Part shown: piece by piece, positions 27,523 through 38,206 of the stretch
Layout: every line of letters begins with the position of its first letter
Numbering within the stretch: the first letter of the stretch is position 1
Origin: Holosporales bacterium
Lineage (GTDB): Bacteria > Pseudomonadota > Alphaproteobacteria > JAJTHO01
Reading direction: 5' to 3'
Length of the DNA: 62,349 bases
Assembly: GCA_046338525.1 (NCBI GenBank)
Contig: JBKDWF010000052.1
Location: forward strand, 1 to 62,349
The notes under the pieces: model-generated
Seen by the model: only the letters and a program-made list of their open reading frames with translations
What the model was told of the DNA's origin: nothing
Database searches by the model: none
Made by a program: the position numbers and the translations under genes

Positions 27523-28701
27523 CTATAATGCTTCCACACACAGCGCAACCCCCATGCCGCCGCCGATGCACAGGGTGGCGAGGCCGCGCTTACCATTTCG
27601 GCGTTTTAATTCATGGAGCAACGTGACGAGCACCCGGCAGCCCGAAGCCCCGATGGGGTGGCCAAGAGCGATGGCTCCGCCGTTAACATTGACCTTACTA
27701 AGGTCAAAGCCCAAGGTATTATTTACGGCACAGGCTTGGGCGGCAAAGGCTTCATTGGCCTCAATCAAATCGAGATCGGCAACTTTCCACCCGGAGCGCT
27801 CTAAGGCTTTCTGGCTGGCCGGAATTGGGCCGGTGCCCATGATGGTGGGGGCAACCCCGGCGGTGGCAAAGCTGGCGATCCGGGCGATGGGTTTCAGGTT
27901 ACGCTTGGCGGCCTCGGCAGCGGTGGTGACGAGGACAATGGCCGCCCCATCGTTAATACCGGAGGCATTCCCAGCGGTTACGGTGCCGGCTTTATCAAAG
28001 GCTGGCTTCAGTTTGGCGAGGGCTTCGGCGGTGGTGCCGTGGCGGGGGTGCTCATCAGTATCGATGGTCACGTCGCCTTTTTTGCCTTTGATGACAACAG
28101 GCACGATTTCATCTTTAAAGCGTCCAGCTTTCTGAGCTGCTTCAGCTTTTTCTTGACTGGCCAAGGCCATGGCATCTTGGGCTTCTCTGGTTATCTTGTA
28201 TTCTTTAGCCACGTTTTCGGCGGTGATACCCATATGGTAGTTATTAAAGATATCCCACAGGCCATCTTGAATCATTGTATCAACTAAAGACCCATTTCCC
28301 ATGCGCACACCGCTTCGCAGCATGACGCAATGGGGCGCATTGCTCATGCTTTCTTGACCCCCGGCAAGAACGATGCTCGCCTCGCCACTACGGATACTAT
28401 TAGCGGCCAAAGCAATGGCGCGAAGACCAGAACCACAGACTTGGTTGATGGTCATAGCGGTACGCTCCACCGGGATACCGGCGGCTACCGCAGCTTGGCG
28501 CGCCGGGTTTTGCCCTGCACCAGCGGCCAGGACTTGACCTAAAATTACTTCGTCTACCACCCCGGCTTCAAGACCTGCACGGCGCAATGCTTCAGTGAGG
28601 GCTATTTTCCCAAGATCGGCCGCAGACAAACTGGAAAGACCACCCATAAATCCGCCAACAGCAGTACGAACGGGGGCAACAAGGACGATATCTTGAGTCA
28701 T
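27523..28701 (-). CDS. phbA: Acetyl-CoA acetyltransferase (thiolase II)
   Basis: 392 aa. [11 protein letters not shown] (active Cys), NEAFAAQ and the C-terminal CIGGGMGVA thiolase signatures. Confidence 0.9.
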   Translation of the reverse strand: MTQDIVLVAPVRTAVGGFMGGLSSLSAADLGKIALTEALRRAGLEAGVVDEVILGQVLAAGAGQNPARQAAVAAGIPVERTAMTINQVCGSGLRAIALAANSIRSGEASIVLAGGQESMSNAPHCVMLRSGVRMGNGSLVDTMIQDGLWDIFNNYHMGITAENVAKEYKITREAQDAMALASQEKAEAAQKAGRFKDEIVPVVIKGKKGDVTIDTDEHPRHGTTAEALAKLKPAFDKAGTVTAGNASGINDGAAIVLVTTAAEAAKRNLKPIARIASFATAGVAPTIMGTGPIPASQKALERSGWKVADLDLIEANEAFAAQACAVNNTLGFDLSKVNVNGGAIALGHPIGASGCRVLVTLLHELKRRNGKRGLATLCIGGGMGVALCVEAL

Positions 28702-28787
28702 GCAATGCTCCTACAAAATTAATGGGGACAACGCTAGCAGGAGATAGCTGACAAGACAATTGCTCTTGTTCACTCGCTCTCGCTCGC

Positions 28788-28830
28788 TTGACAAATATCC
28801 ATTTTTTGGATACAAAAAACAAAATGGATA
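28788..28830 (+). promoter_or_regulatory. Candidate sigma70-like promoter overlapped by palindromic operator half-sites
   Basis: TTGACA (28788..28793), a 17-nt spacer, then TACAAA. The spacer contains the palindrome TATCCA-ttttt-TGGATA (28796..28812). A third arm, aaaatggata (28821..28830), is the inverted repeat of tatccatttt. Confidence 0.4.
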
Positions 28831-28898
28831 CGATTCTTTTCGTCCAGCGTCTAGAGGGATAATCCACACAGTACGATAAAATAATAAGGAGAGACACG

Positions 28899-29171
28899 AT
28901 GAATACCCATGATCCCATGATGGCGGAGGCAATCCCTTCGCACATCACACAGCCTGTTGTTTTAATGGCTTATAGGGTGCTGCAAGAACGGTTGCGCGTT
29001 TTTGCTGAGGACACTTTTGAACTGGATGGGGTGCAGGCGTCCGTTCGCGATATTGTCTTAGCGGCCAATCGCTTGCTTGAAGGAACAAGTATTCCTTTGC
29101 TCAATTATCCAGGCGTGCATAGCTGCTTTGATCGCGATGCTATTACTATGCGTTTAAAATCAATTAAATAA
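28899..29171 (+). CDS. Hypothetical protein (90 aa)
   Basis: ORF with a good RBS (aaggagag 7 nt upstream of the ATG). No motif recognised. Confidence 0.45.
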   Translation: MNTHDPMMAEAIPSHITQPVVLMAYRVLQERLRVFAEDTFELDGVQASVRDIVLAANRLLEGTSIPLLNYPGVHSCFDRDAITMRLKSIK

Positions 29172-29193
29172 ATGATTTTTAGGGAGTAAATTT

Positions 29194-29634
29194 ATGTCGC
29201 CTGCAAACCCCCTGCAGTTGTGGACGCACGAACGCGTGCGTGAACATCTAAGTGAAGCGGCGGATACCCTCCGCCGTTTGCCAAGTAATTTTGGCGCAAA
29301 ACGCCTCACGTTTTGGCCAGATGTGGTACATACTAGTTATGAAATCTGGTTGGCTGAAGCGCATGCGCGCAATAAAGTAACACCGCCGCACCCGGCAGCC
29401 ATATCCAGAATGGATACAGCGCTAACATGGTTATTACCCCTTAATACAGAGCAGCGACGCATTCTTTGGGCCCGTAGTTGCGGGGTGTCATGGCGACGGC
29501 TTGAACAAACGGACGGACGAAGCCACACCACGTTACGCAAGATTTACGCTGCTGGGCTGGATCATGTCGTCCGTCAGGCCAATGGCCTCGCCCCGGCGAT
29601 GGTGCAGGCTCTTATGGAGCAGAAGCAGAAATAA
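29194..29634 (+). CDS. Hypothetical protein resembling a prophage-associated alphaproteobacterial family (DUF6362-like) with a C-terminal HTH-like segment
   Basis: W..ERV...L.EAADTLRRLP ... WP.V ... ISRMD..L.WL..L....RRILWARSCGVSWRRL ... SHTTLRKIY. This pattern is recalled from small prophage-borne proteins; the assignment is from memory and was not searched. Confidence 0.4.
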   Translation: MSPANPLQLWTHERVREHLSEAADTLRRLPSNFGAKRLTFWPDVVHTSYEIWLAEAHARNKVTPPHPAAISRMDTALTWLLPLNTEQRRILWARSCGVSWRRLEQTDGRSHTTLRKIYAAGLDHVVRQANGLAPAMVQALMEQKQK

Positions 29635-30493
29635 AAACATCCATTTGCTGACCCACTGAAATATTAGCCGGGGAATTATTAAGGCGATAGATAACCTCGA
29701 GAACACGTGTGTCGGCACGTTCCCCGGGATCGCCAGAAAGGGATCGTTTTGGGATAATAAGCGGTTCTTTGCGGACAAAACTTAGACTGATAGGTTTATT
29801 GGGGGTGCCACGAACGCTGCCGCTGGCTGGTGCGTCAGGGTTAATACGACTGGCTTGGGTTTCGTCAATCTGTACCCGGACATGCAAAGGATCGACGTTG
29901 CCCAGCACCATGAGGGGGTCTCGCAATACCCCGGTTGAGGCAAATTCGCCGACACGAATATTGCTTCGTAAGACTTTTCCATCAATGGGAGCGGTAAGAG
30001 TATATTGGGCAAGTTGCGCCTCAAGTTCAGCCAGCCGAGCAGCTTCCCTTTGGGCTGCAAAGCGACGGATAAACAGCTCTTCTTTGCGTTGGGCACTGGT
30101 GCCCTTAAGGTTTTCATAAATTTGGCGGCGAAATTCGGCATCGGCCAGAGCAATTTTGGCCGCTTCTACAGACGCCACCAAAGGACGATTATCCAAAGTC
30201 AACAGGGGCTGCCCCTTCTTGACGGTATCACCAACATTAACGTGCACCTGTAACACCACCCCGCCGACAGGCACACCAATAGCAATATTTTCAGAAGATG
30301 GTTCGATAATACCCTGTCCCGCAAGGGTTTGAGCAAAGGTGCTCGTTGGGGGTTTTTGCACAGGCTCGCGCATGGGTTTTGTCGGCACAGTGAGAACTGC
30401 ATACAAGGCATATGCTAAAAATAATCCAGCAATAACCGGAACGTAACGTATTGCTGAACTGCGGCTGCTCAAGCGCTGACTAAGGTTTTTCAT
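29612..30493 (-). CDS. HlyD-family periplasmic adaptor (DevB/MacA-like)
   Basis: 293 aa. N-terminal TM helix, a lipoyl-like VKKGQPLLTLD motif, a coiled-coil region, and a position downstream of ABC genes. Confidence 0.8.
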   Translation of the reverse strand: MKNLSQRLSSRSSAIRYVPVIAGLFLAYALYAVLTVPTKPMREPVQKPPTSTFAQTLAGQGIIEPSSENIAIGVPVGGVVLQVHVNVGDTVKKGQPLLTLDNRPLVASVEAAKIALADAEFRRQIYENLKGTSAQRKEELFIRRFAAQREAARLAELEAQLAQYTLTAPIDGKVLRSNIRVGEFASTGVLRDPLMVLGNVDPLHVRVQIDETQASRINPDAPASGSVRGTPNKPISLSFVRKEPLIIPKRSLSGDPGERADTRVLEVIYRLNNSPANISVGQQMDVFISASAP

Positions 30494-31191
30494 AAGGATA
30501 CCTCTGAGGTTCTTTCATGCAAAATGGCCCCGTCGCTCATGGTAAAGAGGCGATTGGCGTAGTTAAAAATCCGGTTGTCATGAGTGACAACAAGAACGGC
30601 TCGGCTAGGATTTTGGGAAGCTTTTGCCAAAATATCCATCACCTTATGCCCAGTCTCGTTATCCAGCGCGGCGGTAGGTTCATCACACACAATAAGTTTA
30701 GGATTATGCACCAAAGCTCTTGCGATACAGACGCGTTGTTGCTGACCGCCGGAAAGTTGGGCGGGAGTTTTTTGTAAGTGATCCCCCATTCCGATGCTGT
30801 CCAGCACGGCGGCGGCTTGTTCTAAAGCTTTTACTCGGTCAATGTTATCGGCAATCAGAGGGACAGCCGCATTTTCCACTGCTGTTAGGGCTGGAATAAG
30901 GTTATATTGTTGGAAGATAAAGCCAATGTCCCGGCGCCGCACTAAAACTTTAGCGTAACTTTTTAGAGCGGTAATTTCTTTATCCCAAATGTAGGCCTTG
31001 CCGCTACTCGGGGTCAAAATTCCCGTTAGGATAGATAGGAGTGTCGTTTTACCGCAGCCACTTGGCCCTACCAGCATTGCCAGTTCACCGCCTGGTACCG
31101 CCAAGGAAACACCATGAAGTACTCGCACGCTTTCCCCTTCCCCGGTTGGGAAGTCCATAATGATATTTTCAGCGCGTAAGGCAAAGCTCAT
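30490..31191 (-). CDS. ABC transporter ATP-binding protein (DevA/MacB-NBD/LolD-like)
   Basis: Walker A GPSGCGKTT, signature LSGGQQQR, Walker B LIVCDEPT. Confidence 0.9.
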   Translation of the reverse strand: MSFALRAENIIMDFPTGEGESVRVLHGVSLAVPGGELAMLVGPSGCGKTTLLSILTGILTPSSGKAYIWDKEITALKSYAKVLVRRRDIGFIFQQYNLIPALTAVENAAVPLIADNIDRVKALEQAAAVLDSIGMGDHLQKTPAQLSGGQQQRVCIARALVHNPKLIVCDEPTAALDNETGHKVMDILAKASQNPSRAVLVVTHDNRIFNYANRLFTMSDGAILHERTSEVSL

Positions 31192-32327
31192 CCGCGAAAT
31201 ACTACTGCAGGATCAACGACTAAAACCCGGCGCAAGCTAAAAAGGCACGTGGACACTATAATAATCGCCACCGCCACACCGGTGCCCAGCATGACTTCCC
31301 ATAAAAAATAAAACCCCTTGAAGGCCGGATTATCAGCCATACTGTTAAAAAATACTGCTGTAAAGCCGACGCCAAGGCTGTATCCTACAAAACCGACGAT
31401 GGCGGCTTGGGATAATACCATGCGGATAATTTGACCATTAGAAACGCCAATGGCCTTAAGGGCTGCGTATTGGCGAAGCTTATCAAGAACAAAAATATAG
31501 AATGTCTGGCCAGTGATGGCCGCACCAACAATAAAGCCCAAAGCGACAGTGATCCCAAAATTAATGGGTATGCCGGTTCGTGTCAGAATATGGTTGATGG
31601 TGCGGCGTTTAAATTCTTGATTAGTCAAAGCTTGAAGGCCTGTTTGTTCGGTAATACGTTTTTGTACCATGCTAATATTTTCTCCAGGCTGTTCTCGCAC
31701 CAGAATGAACGATAGGCTGTTACGCTTTTGCGGGGCAAGCTTAAGTGCTTCTGAATAGCGGGTAAAAACAATTGGAAATGTCATGAATGGAGCTGAAACT
31801 TCACACACTCCGACAATAAGTACCCGGCGATCGTTGATTTCAATTTCCCGGGGCACTTTGATCGGCTCCCCTGGAAAAAGGAATTGCCAACCGTTTTTAT
31901 CCATAACCATGGATTCCGGCTGCATGAGATCAGTCCATTTGCCGACGATCATGTTGTTGGGGTAAGGAATCAATGAAACGTCGTCCACCCCCATAAGAAA
32001 TACCTGTTGAGACTGGCTTATAAACGTGTTGACCACCGCAAAACCTTTATAATATGGGGTAGCCCAGAGAACACCAGGAACACTGCGGACTTTTGACAGC
32101 TCAATGTCCCGCATGGGTTCAAACTCTTCCATATACTGCACCCTTGGATCCATAACCCATAAGCTGGCTTCTCGTACATCGCCAATCTGGGCGGCTGTTC
32201 TGGACAATAATCCAAAGAAAATAGATACTTGTTGACTCATCAATAAAGTTGCAAACACAATGCCAGCCACTAGGCCAATGTATTTGCCTTTGTCAGCATA
32301 AAGGATTTGCAGAGCGATACGAAGCAT
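31188..32327 (-). CDS. ABC transporter permease, FtsX/MacB-type (DevC-like)
   Basis: 379 aa. An N-terminal TM helix, a large periplasmic domain and three C-terminal TM helices. Translationally coupled to the ATPase (4-nt overlap). Confidence 0.8.
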   Translation of the reverse strand: MLRIALQILYADKGKYIGLVAGIVFATLLMSQQVSIFFGLLSRTAAQIGDVREASLWVMDPRVQYMEEFEPMRDIELSKVRSVPGVLWATPYYKGFAVVNTFISQSQQVFLMGVDDVSLIPYPNNMIVGKWTDLMQPESMVMDKNGWQFLFPGEPIKVPREIEINDRRVLIVGVCEVSAPFMTFPIVFTRYSEALKLAPQKRNSLSFILVREQPGENISMVQKRITEQTGLQALTNQEFKRRTINHILTRTGIPINFGITVALGFIVGAAITGQTFYIFVLDKLRQYAALKAIGVSNGQIIRMVLSQAAIVGFVGYSLGVGFTAVFFNSMADNPAFKGFYFLWEVMLGTGVAVAIIIVSTCLFSLRRVLVVDPAVVFRG

Positions 32328-32351
32328 GGTCGTACAACTATAGACTAAGTA

Positions 32352-33095
32352 TTACTCAAGGGTAAAGTCGTGTAACGCTTTGGCAAAGGCTTCGGGTAAA
32401 GGTGCCTCAACAATAACAGGGGGCTTTTTATCATGTAGCGGTACGGTAATGGTGGAGGCATGGAGGAAAAAACCATCGCCGCCGTTGGGATGATAGGCTT
32501 TATCCCCCCACAGCGGACAGCCAATATGGGCGGCATGCACGCGAATTTGATGGGTACGACCTGTTTTAGGAAAAAAGCGAATTAAGCTCATGTCCGCATG
32601 GCTGTTGAGCACTTCATAGTCAGTTCGGGAAAACTGGCCATCCTTGTGTACTTCCATCCACCATTTGTCCTTGCGGGTGGATTGTTTGCGCAGTGGCGCG
32701 TCAATGCGGCCCTTGGCCTTTGCGGGAACACCCTGGCACAGGGCGAGGTAGGTTTTTTCAATTTTACCTTCCGCAAATAGGCGACCAAGCCTAGCCAGTG
32801 CCTGGCGGTGGCGCCCCAAGATGAGGCACCCGCTAGTGTCTCTATCCAAGCGGTGTGCTAAGTTGGGTCGTTGCGGTAAGCCAAAACGCAGAGCTTCAAA
32901 GTGATCCTCTAGTGAGGCACTTTTATTAGAGCCGGGATGCACCGGAATGCCGGAAGGCTTATTAATAACAAGCATCAAGGCATCGCGGTAAAGGAGGATG
33001 GGGTCAGGAGTCAAGGCCAGTATTATTGACGCTATCTTGTGCGAAGTGCAACATTGCTTTGAGAATTGCTTTGAGAAGCTCTTAGAAAATCCCAA
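32352..33095 (-). CDS. RluA-family pseudouridine synthase
   Basis: HRLDRDTSGCLILG catalytic-Asp motif and VINKPSGIPVHPG. The exact start is uncertain. Confidence 0.8.
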   Translation of the reverse strand: MGFSKSFSKQFSKQCCTSHKIASIILALTPDPILLYRDALMLVINKPSGIPVHPGSNKSASLEDHFEALRFGLPQRPNLAHRLDRDTSGCLILGRHRQALARLGRLFAEGKIEKTYLALCQGVPAKAKGRIDAPLRKQSTRKDKWWMEVHKDGQFSRTDYEVLNSHADMSLIRFFPKTGRTHQIRVHAAHIGCPLWGDKAYHPNGGDGFFLHASTITVPLHDKKPPVIVEAPLPEAFAKALHDFTLE

Positions 33096-33159
33096 TCCAG
33101 TAATTGACGCGCCCCCCCTCTCCTTCTACCATCCTCGCCTTGATTGCTAAGGATTCGCC

Positions 33160-34311
33160 ATGACTGTTCCTGCTCTTCGCCCAAAAAACCCTTATTTTTC
33201 TTCGGGTCCTTGTTCAAAGCGCCCAGGGTATAATTTGTCTTCCCTGAAAACGAACCTGTTGGGGCGCTCGCACCGTTCCAAACCGGGCAAGGATCGATTG
33301 CAATTGGTGATTGAAAAAACCCGCACTATTCTTGGGGTTCCAGCCGATTATCGCATTGGTATTGTTGCTGCATCCGATACCGGGGCGGTGGAAATGGCTT
33401 TATGGTCGCTGTTGGGGGCGCGCCCGGTGGATGTGCTGGCGTGGGAGGCGTTCAGCAACGATTGGCTTATTGATATTACTAAGGAACTAAAACTTAAAGA
33501 TACTCGAAATTTTACGGCCTCTTACGGAAAATTGCCTGATTTAACCCAAGTGAACCCCGGACATGATATTGTTTTTGCATGGAATGGAACCACCTCTGGT
33601 GCACGGGTGTCTGATGGGGATTGGATTGCGGCGAATCGGGAAGGCCTGACCATTTGCGATGCCACCTCGGCGGCCTTTGCCATGGCCTTGCCTTGGGATA
33701 AATTAGACGTGACCACGTTTAGCTGGCAGAAAGTCTTGGGCGGTGAGGCTCAGCACGGAATTGTGATTCTTAGTCCTCGCGCGGTTGCTCGATTGGAATC
33801 GTATACACCCACATGGCCAATGCCGAAAATTTTTCGGATGACCAAAGGGGGCAAGCTTATTGAGGGTATTTTTCAAGGGGAGACTATCAACACCCCATCG
33901 ATGCTGTGTGTGGAAGATGTCCTTGACGCGCTCATCTGGGCGGAGAGTGTGGGCGGCCTATCCGGTCTTATCCAACGTTCAGAGGCCAATCTTGCCGCCG
34001 TTACTGCGTGGGTTGAAGCGTCGTCGTGGGCGGATTTTTTAACGGAAGATAAAGCCAGTCGTTCTTGTACTTCTATCTGCCTCAAAATCATTGATCCTTG
34101 GTTTTTGGGTAAAAGTGGCGAGGATCAAGCTGTTATTGCCAAAAAAGTGGCTAGCCTTCTCGAGAAAGAAGGTGTGGCCTTTGACATTGGGGCTTACCGC
34201 GATGCGCCTCCAGGCCTACGGGTTTGGGGCGGTGCCACCGTGGAAACTGCTGATATCAAGGCATTGTTGCCTTGGCTCGATTACGCATACACATCTGTTA
34301 AGCAAGGATAA
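33160..34311 (+). CDS. serC: Phosphoserine aminotransferase (alphaproteobacterial long type)
   Basis: 383 aa. FSSGPC N-terminus and SWQKVLGGE (PLP-Lys region). Directly upstream of serA. Confidence 0.85.
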   Translation: MTVPALRPKNPYFSSGPCSKRPGYNLSSLKTNLLGRSHRSKPGKDRLQLVIEKTRTILGVPADYRIGIVAASDTGAVEMALWSLLGARPVDVLAWEAFSNDWLIDITKELKLKDTRNFTASYGKLPDLTQVNPGHDIVFAWNGTTSGARVSDGDWIAANREGLTICDATSAAFAMALPWDKLDVTTFSWQKVLGGEAQHGIVILSPRAVARLESYTPTWPMPKIFRMTKGGKLIEGIFQGETINTPSMLCVEDVLDALIWAESVGGLSGLIQRSEANLAAVTAWVEASSWADFLTEDKASRSCTSICLKIIDPWFLGKSGEDQAVIAKKVASLLEKEGVAFDIGAYRDAPPGLRVWGGATVETADIKALLPWLDYAYTSVKQG

Positions 34312-34316
34312 TTATA

Positions 34317-35894
34317 ATGCCAAAAGTTCTCATCTCCGACAAATTGAGCGATCAGGCTATTGCCGTCTTCAAGCAAAAAGGCATTGAGGTCGATGTCCGC
34401 ACCGATCTTACCCCGGCACAATTGCTGGACGTTATCGGCGATTACGACGCTTTAGCCATTCGTTCGGCAACGAAAGTCACTGCTGATGTTCTTGGCAAGG
34501 CTTTACGCCTTAAAGTTGTGGGCCGCGCCGGTATCGGGGTAGATAACGTCGATATTCCTGCCGCTACGGCTAAGGGAATCATTGTGATGAATACCCCGTT
34601 TGGTAATTCTATTACCACGGCGGAACACGCTATTGCCCTTATGTTATCGCTGGCAAGGGACGTTCCTACGGCTAATGCTTCTACTCATGCGGGTAAGTGG
34701 GAAAAAAACCGTTTCATGGGCGTGGAGATTACTGGCAAAACTCTTGGTATTATTGGCTGTGGTAATATTGGTTCCATCGTTGCGGAGCGTGCCCGTGGTC
34801 TCAAGATGCAGGTCATCGCCTTTGATCCGTTTTTGACGGAGGATCGCGCCCGTTCTCTTGAAGTTGAGCGGGTGGATTTGGATATGTTGCTGGCGAGGGC
34901 GGACTTTATCACCCTGCATACCCCCCTCAACGATAAGACCCGAAATATCCTCAACGCTGCTGCATTCAAAAAGGCCAAAAAGGGTGTTCGGATTATAAAT
35001 TGTGCCCGGGGTGGGTTAATCGTAGAAGACGACCTCAAAGCTGCCCTTGATAGCGGCCACGTTGCCGGAGCGGCCTTAGACGTATTTGAAATAGAACCCG
35101 CCAAGCAACACGCCCTTTTTGGCAATGAGAAAGTTATTGCCACGCCACATCTGGGTGCTTCTACTGCCGAAGCACAGGAGAATGTTGCCGTGCAAGTAGC
35201 CGAGCAGATTGCCGATTATCTATTAACTGGAGCCATTACCAACGCCGTGAATATGCCATCGGTCAGTGGCGAGGAAGCAGTACGCCTTAAGCCTTATCTT
35301 ACCCTGGCAAATGTGTTGGGCGGGTTTGTTGGTCAAGTTACCCAAAGCAGTATTAAATCCGTGTCCATTGAATACGGTGGTGAGGCTTCTCGGCTCAACA
35401 CCCGTATATTGACCTCTACTATGTTGGCGGCGTTGCTGGCTCCCTCCGCTAATGAGGTTAATGTGGTTAATGCCGGCAGCGTGGCAAAAGAGCGAGGGAT
35501 CGCTGTTTCGGAAATCAAGACCGACCGCGCCGGGGATTACCCAACCTCCGTGCGCCTGACGGTGCACGGCGAAAAAACCGATCGCAGTCTGCGTGGCACC
35601 GTTTTTGGCGGCACCACCCCGCGGTTGGTTGAAGTCGAGGGCGTTCCCATTGATGCCAGCCTTGGCCACAATGTCCTTTTCGTCCGCAACCTTGATAAAC
35701 CAGGATTTATTGGCCGGGTAGGCACGGCGCTGTCCGATGCCGGTATCAATATCGCTAGTTTTCACCTAGGCCGTATTGCTGCTAATGATAGTGCTATTTG
35801 TTTGATTGAAGTGGATCAGCCGTTAACCCCGGCACTGTTGGCAAAAGTTAAGGCACTGCCTAATGTGGTGGAGGCCTACGCCCTGAGGTTTTAG
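34317..35894 (+). CDS. serA: D-3-phosphoglycerate dehydrogenase (with ASB and ACT domains)
   Basis: 525 aa. NAD motif GIIGCGNIGS and the catalytic region PHLGAST. The C-terminal extension is typical of type I SerA. Confidence 0.9.
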   Translation: MPKVLISDKLSDQAIAVFKQKGIEVDVRTDLTPAQLLDVIGDYDALAIRSATKVTADVLGKALRLKVVGRAGIGVDNVDIPAATAKGIIVMNTPFGNSITTAEHAIALMLSLARDVPTANASTHAGKWEKNRFMGVEITGKTLGIIGCGNIGSIVAERARGLKMQVIAFDPFLTEDRARSLEVERVDLDMLLARADFITLHTPLNDKTRNILNAAAFKKAKKGVRIINCARGGLIVEDDLKAALDSGHVAGAALDVFEIEPAKQHALFGNEKVIATPHLGASTAEAQENVAVQVAEQIADYLLTGAITNAVNMPSVSGEEAVRLKPYLTLANVLGGFVGQVTQSSIKSVSIEYGGEASRLNTRILTSTMLAALLAPSANEVNVVNAGSVAKERGIAVSEIKTDRAGDYPTSVRLTVHGEKTDRSLRGTVFGGTTPRLVEVEGVPIDASLGHNVLFVRNLDKPGFIGRVGTALSDAGINIASFHLGRIAANDSAICLIEVDQPLTPALLAKVKALPNVVEAYALRF

Positions 35895-35899
35895 CGCGA

Positions 35900-35929
35900 G
35901 CCGTTGATATATCTTTATGATTCAACGGC
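35900..35929. terminator. Hairpin between convergent serA and clpA (overlaps the clpA stop)
   Basis: gccgttga (35900..35907) pairs with tcaacggc (35922..35929), leaving a 14-nt AT-rich loop. There is no clear U-tract. Confidence 0.3.
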
Positions 35930-38203
35930 CTCCGCGCTGTTTTTTCGCGTTGATGCCTCTTCAAACGTGAATGTCAGGCGATCTTCCCGAAGGCCGACTT
36001 TTACAGCGCCGCCGTGGGATAGTTTGCCGAATAACACCTCATTAGCGAGGGGTTTCTTGACGTAATCCTGAATCACCCTGGTAAGGGGGCGGGCACCAAG
36101 AACGGGATCGTAGCCCTTTTCCGCCAGCCACGCCCGTGCCGCAGCGGTCAGGGAAATCATCACCTGGCGATCGGCCAGTTGCGCCTCAAGCTGTAGGATA
36201 AATTTATCCACAACCCGCACAATATGTTCAGGTTTTAAGGGTGCAAAGGAAATAATGGCATCCAAACGGTTGCGGAATTCTGGTGAAAAGGTGCGGTTAA
36301 CAGCCTCAGTGTCGCCTTCGCTGCGATTTTTTTGCAAGAATCCGAGTCCCGGCTTTGCCATATCCGAGGCACCTGCGTTACTGGTCATGACCAGAATCAC
36401 GTTGCGGAAATCAATTGATTTTCCTGAATGATCTGTGAGTTTACCATGATCCATGACCTGAAGCATGATATTAAATAAATCCGGGTGTGCCTTTTCAATT
36501 TCATCCAGCAACAACACTGTATGAGGATGTTGATCAATAGCATCGGTAAGCAGTCCGCCCTGTTCAAACCCCACATAACCGGGGGGAGCACCAATAAGTC
36601 GGCTCACCGAATGGCGTTCCATATATTCGGACATATCAAACCGGGTTAGCTCAACCCCAAGCAAGGTCGCCAACTGCCGCGCAACCTCGGTTTTGCCAAC
36701 CCCCGTGGGGCCAGTAAACAGGTAGCAGCCAATGGGTTTTTCATGATCCCGAAGACCAGCTCGCGCCATTTTTACGGCATCCGCCAAAGCCTCAATGGCT
36801 ACATCCTGACCAAATACCAAGGTTTTGAGATCCCGCGCCAAGGTGGAGAGAACCGCCTTGTCATCCCGGCTAACACTTTTTTCTGGAATGCGGGCAATTT
36901 TGGCCACCATGCTTTCCACTTCCTTAGCGGTAATGGTGCGCTTGCGCTTAGCCGGGGGCAATAGGTATTGCGCCGCACCAGCTTCATCAATTACATCAAT
37001 GGCCTTATCGGGAAGCTTGCGGTTGGTAATATAGCGGTTGGACATTTCTACCGCTGTGCGGATGGCTTCTGGGGCGTATTTTACGTTGTGATGTTGCTCA
37101 TAGTACGATTTGACACCGTTAATAATTTTAATGGCATCCTCTACCGAAGGCTCTTCGACATCAATTTTTTGAAAACGTCTTACCAAAGCCCGATCTTTTT
37201 CAATATGATTGCGGTATTCTTTATAAGTAGTTGAGCCGATACAACGGAGATTCCCCCGAGCCAAGGCGGGTTTGAGCAAATTCGAGGCATCCATAGCCCC
37301 GCCGGACGTTGCCCCGGCACCTACAATAGTATGAAGCTCATCAATAAATAACACCGCCTGGGGCATCGCTTCCATCTCGGTAATGACCATTTTGAGGCGC
37401 TCTTCAAAATCACCCCGGTAACGAGTGCCAGCAAGCAATGCGCCCATATCAAGGGAGTAAATTGTTGCATCTTGGAGGATTTCCGGTACATCCCCTTCCA
37501 CAACACGGCGGGCGAGACCTTCGGCAATGGCCGTTTTCCCAACACCGGGATCGCCTACATAAAGGGGGTTATTTTTGGTGCGGCGGCATAACACCTGAAT
37601 AGTGCGTTCAATTTCTTTATCCCGACCAATAAGAGGGTCAATCTTTCCTTGCAGGGCTTTTTCATTGAGGTTGGAACAGTAAGCTTCAAAGGAGTCTTTA
37701 CCGCGTTTATTGCTGCGTTCTTGCTCTTCTTCATTGCCGCTGGCGCGCCGAGGTTCTGGTTTGGCGGCGGCACCTTTTGTGATCCCGTGGGCAATAAAGC
37801 TGACGGCATCAAAACGGGACATGTCTTGTTCTTGAAGGAAAAATACTGCGTGGGATTCTCGTTCCGAGAACAAAGCCACCAGGATATTTGCCCCATTAAC
37901 ATCGGTACGTCCCGATGATTGCACATGAAAAACAGCGCGTTGCACAACGCGCTCAAACGCCGTTGTCGGCTTAGCAGCTCCAACTTCAGCAACAGTAATA
38001 TTGTGAAGCTCCGTCGCCAGATAGCCCTCAATACTTTTACGCAGCCGATCCAGATTAACCCCGCAGGCTTTAAACACTGGAATCGCATCAGCATCTTCGG
38101 TCAAGGACAGCAATAGATGTTCCAGCGTGGCAAATTCATGACGCCGCTCAATTGCCAAATCCAAAGCCCGGCGCAGGGTATCTTCAAGTTCCCGTGTTAT
38201 CAT
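35915..38203 (-). CDS. clpA: ATP-dependent Clp protease ATP-binding subunit ClpA
   Basis: 762 aa. Two AAA+ modules (GDPGVGKTAIAEG; GPTGVGKTEVARQ). Preceded by clpS. Confidence 0.95.
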   Translation of the reverse strand: MITRELEDTLRRALDLAIERRHEFATLEHLLLSLTEDADAIPVFKACGVNLDRLRKSIEGYLATELHNITVAEVGAAKPTTAFERVVQRAVFHVQSSGRTDVNGANILVALFSERESHAVFFLQEQDMSRFDAVSFIAHGITKGAAAKPEPRRASGNEEEQERSNKRGKDSFEAYCSNLNEKALQGKIDPLIGRDKEIERTIQVLCRRTKNNPLYVGDPGVGKTAIAEGLARRVVEGDVPEILQDATIYSLDMGALLAGTRYRGDFEERLKMVITEMEAMPQAVLFIDELHTIVGAGATSGGAMDASNLLKPALARGNLRCIGSTTYKEYRNHIEKDRALVRRFQKIDVEEPSVEDAIKIINGVKSYYEQHHNVKYAPEAIRTAVEMSNRYITNRKLPDKAIDVIDEAGAAQYLLPPAKRKRTITAKEVESMVAKIARIPEKSVSRDDKAVLSTLARDLKTLVFGQDVAIEALADAVKMARAGLRDHEKPIGCYLFTGPTGVGKTEVARQLATLLGVELTRFDMSEYMERHSVSRLIGAPPGYVGFEQGGLLTDAIDQHPHTVLLLDEIEKAHPDLFNIMLQVMDHGKLTDHSGKSIDFRNVILVMTSNAGASDMAKPGLGFLQKNRSEGDTEAVNRTFSPEFRNRLDAIISFAPLKPEHIVRVVDKFILQLEAQLADRQVMISLTAAARAWLAEKGYDPVLGARPLTRVIQDYVKKPLANEVLFGKLSHGGAVKVGLREDRLTFTFEEASTRKNSAEAVES

Positions 38204-38206
38204 CGA

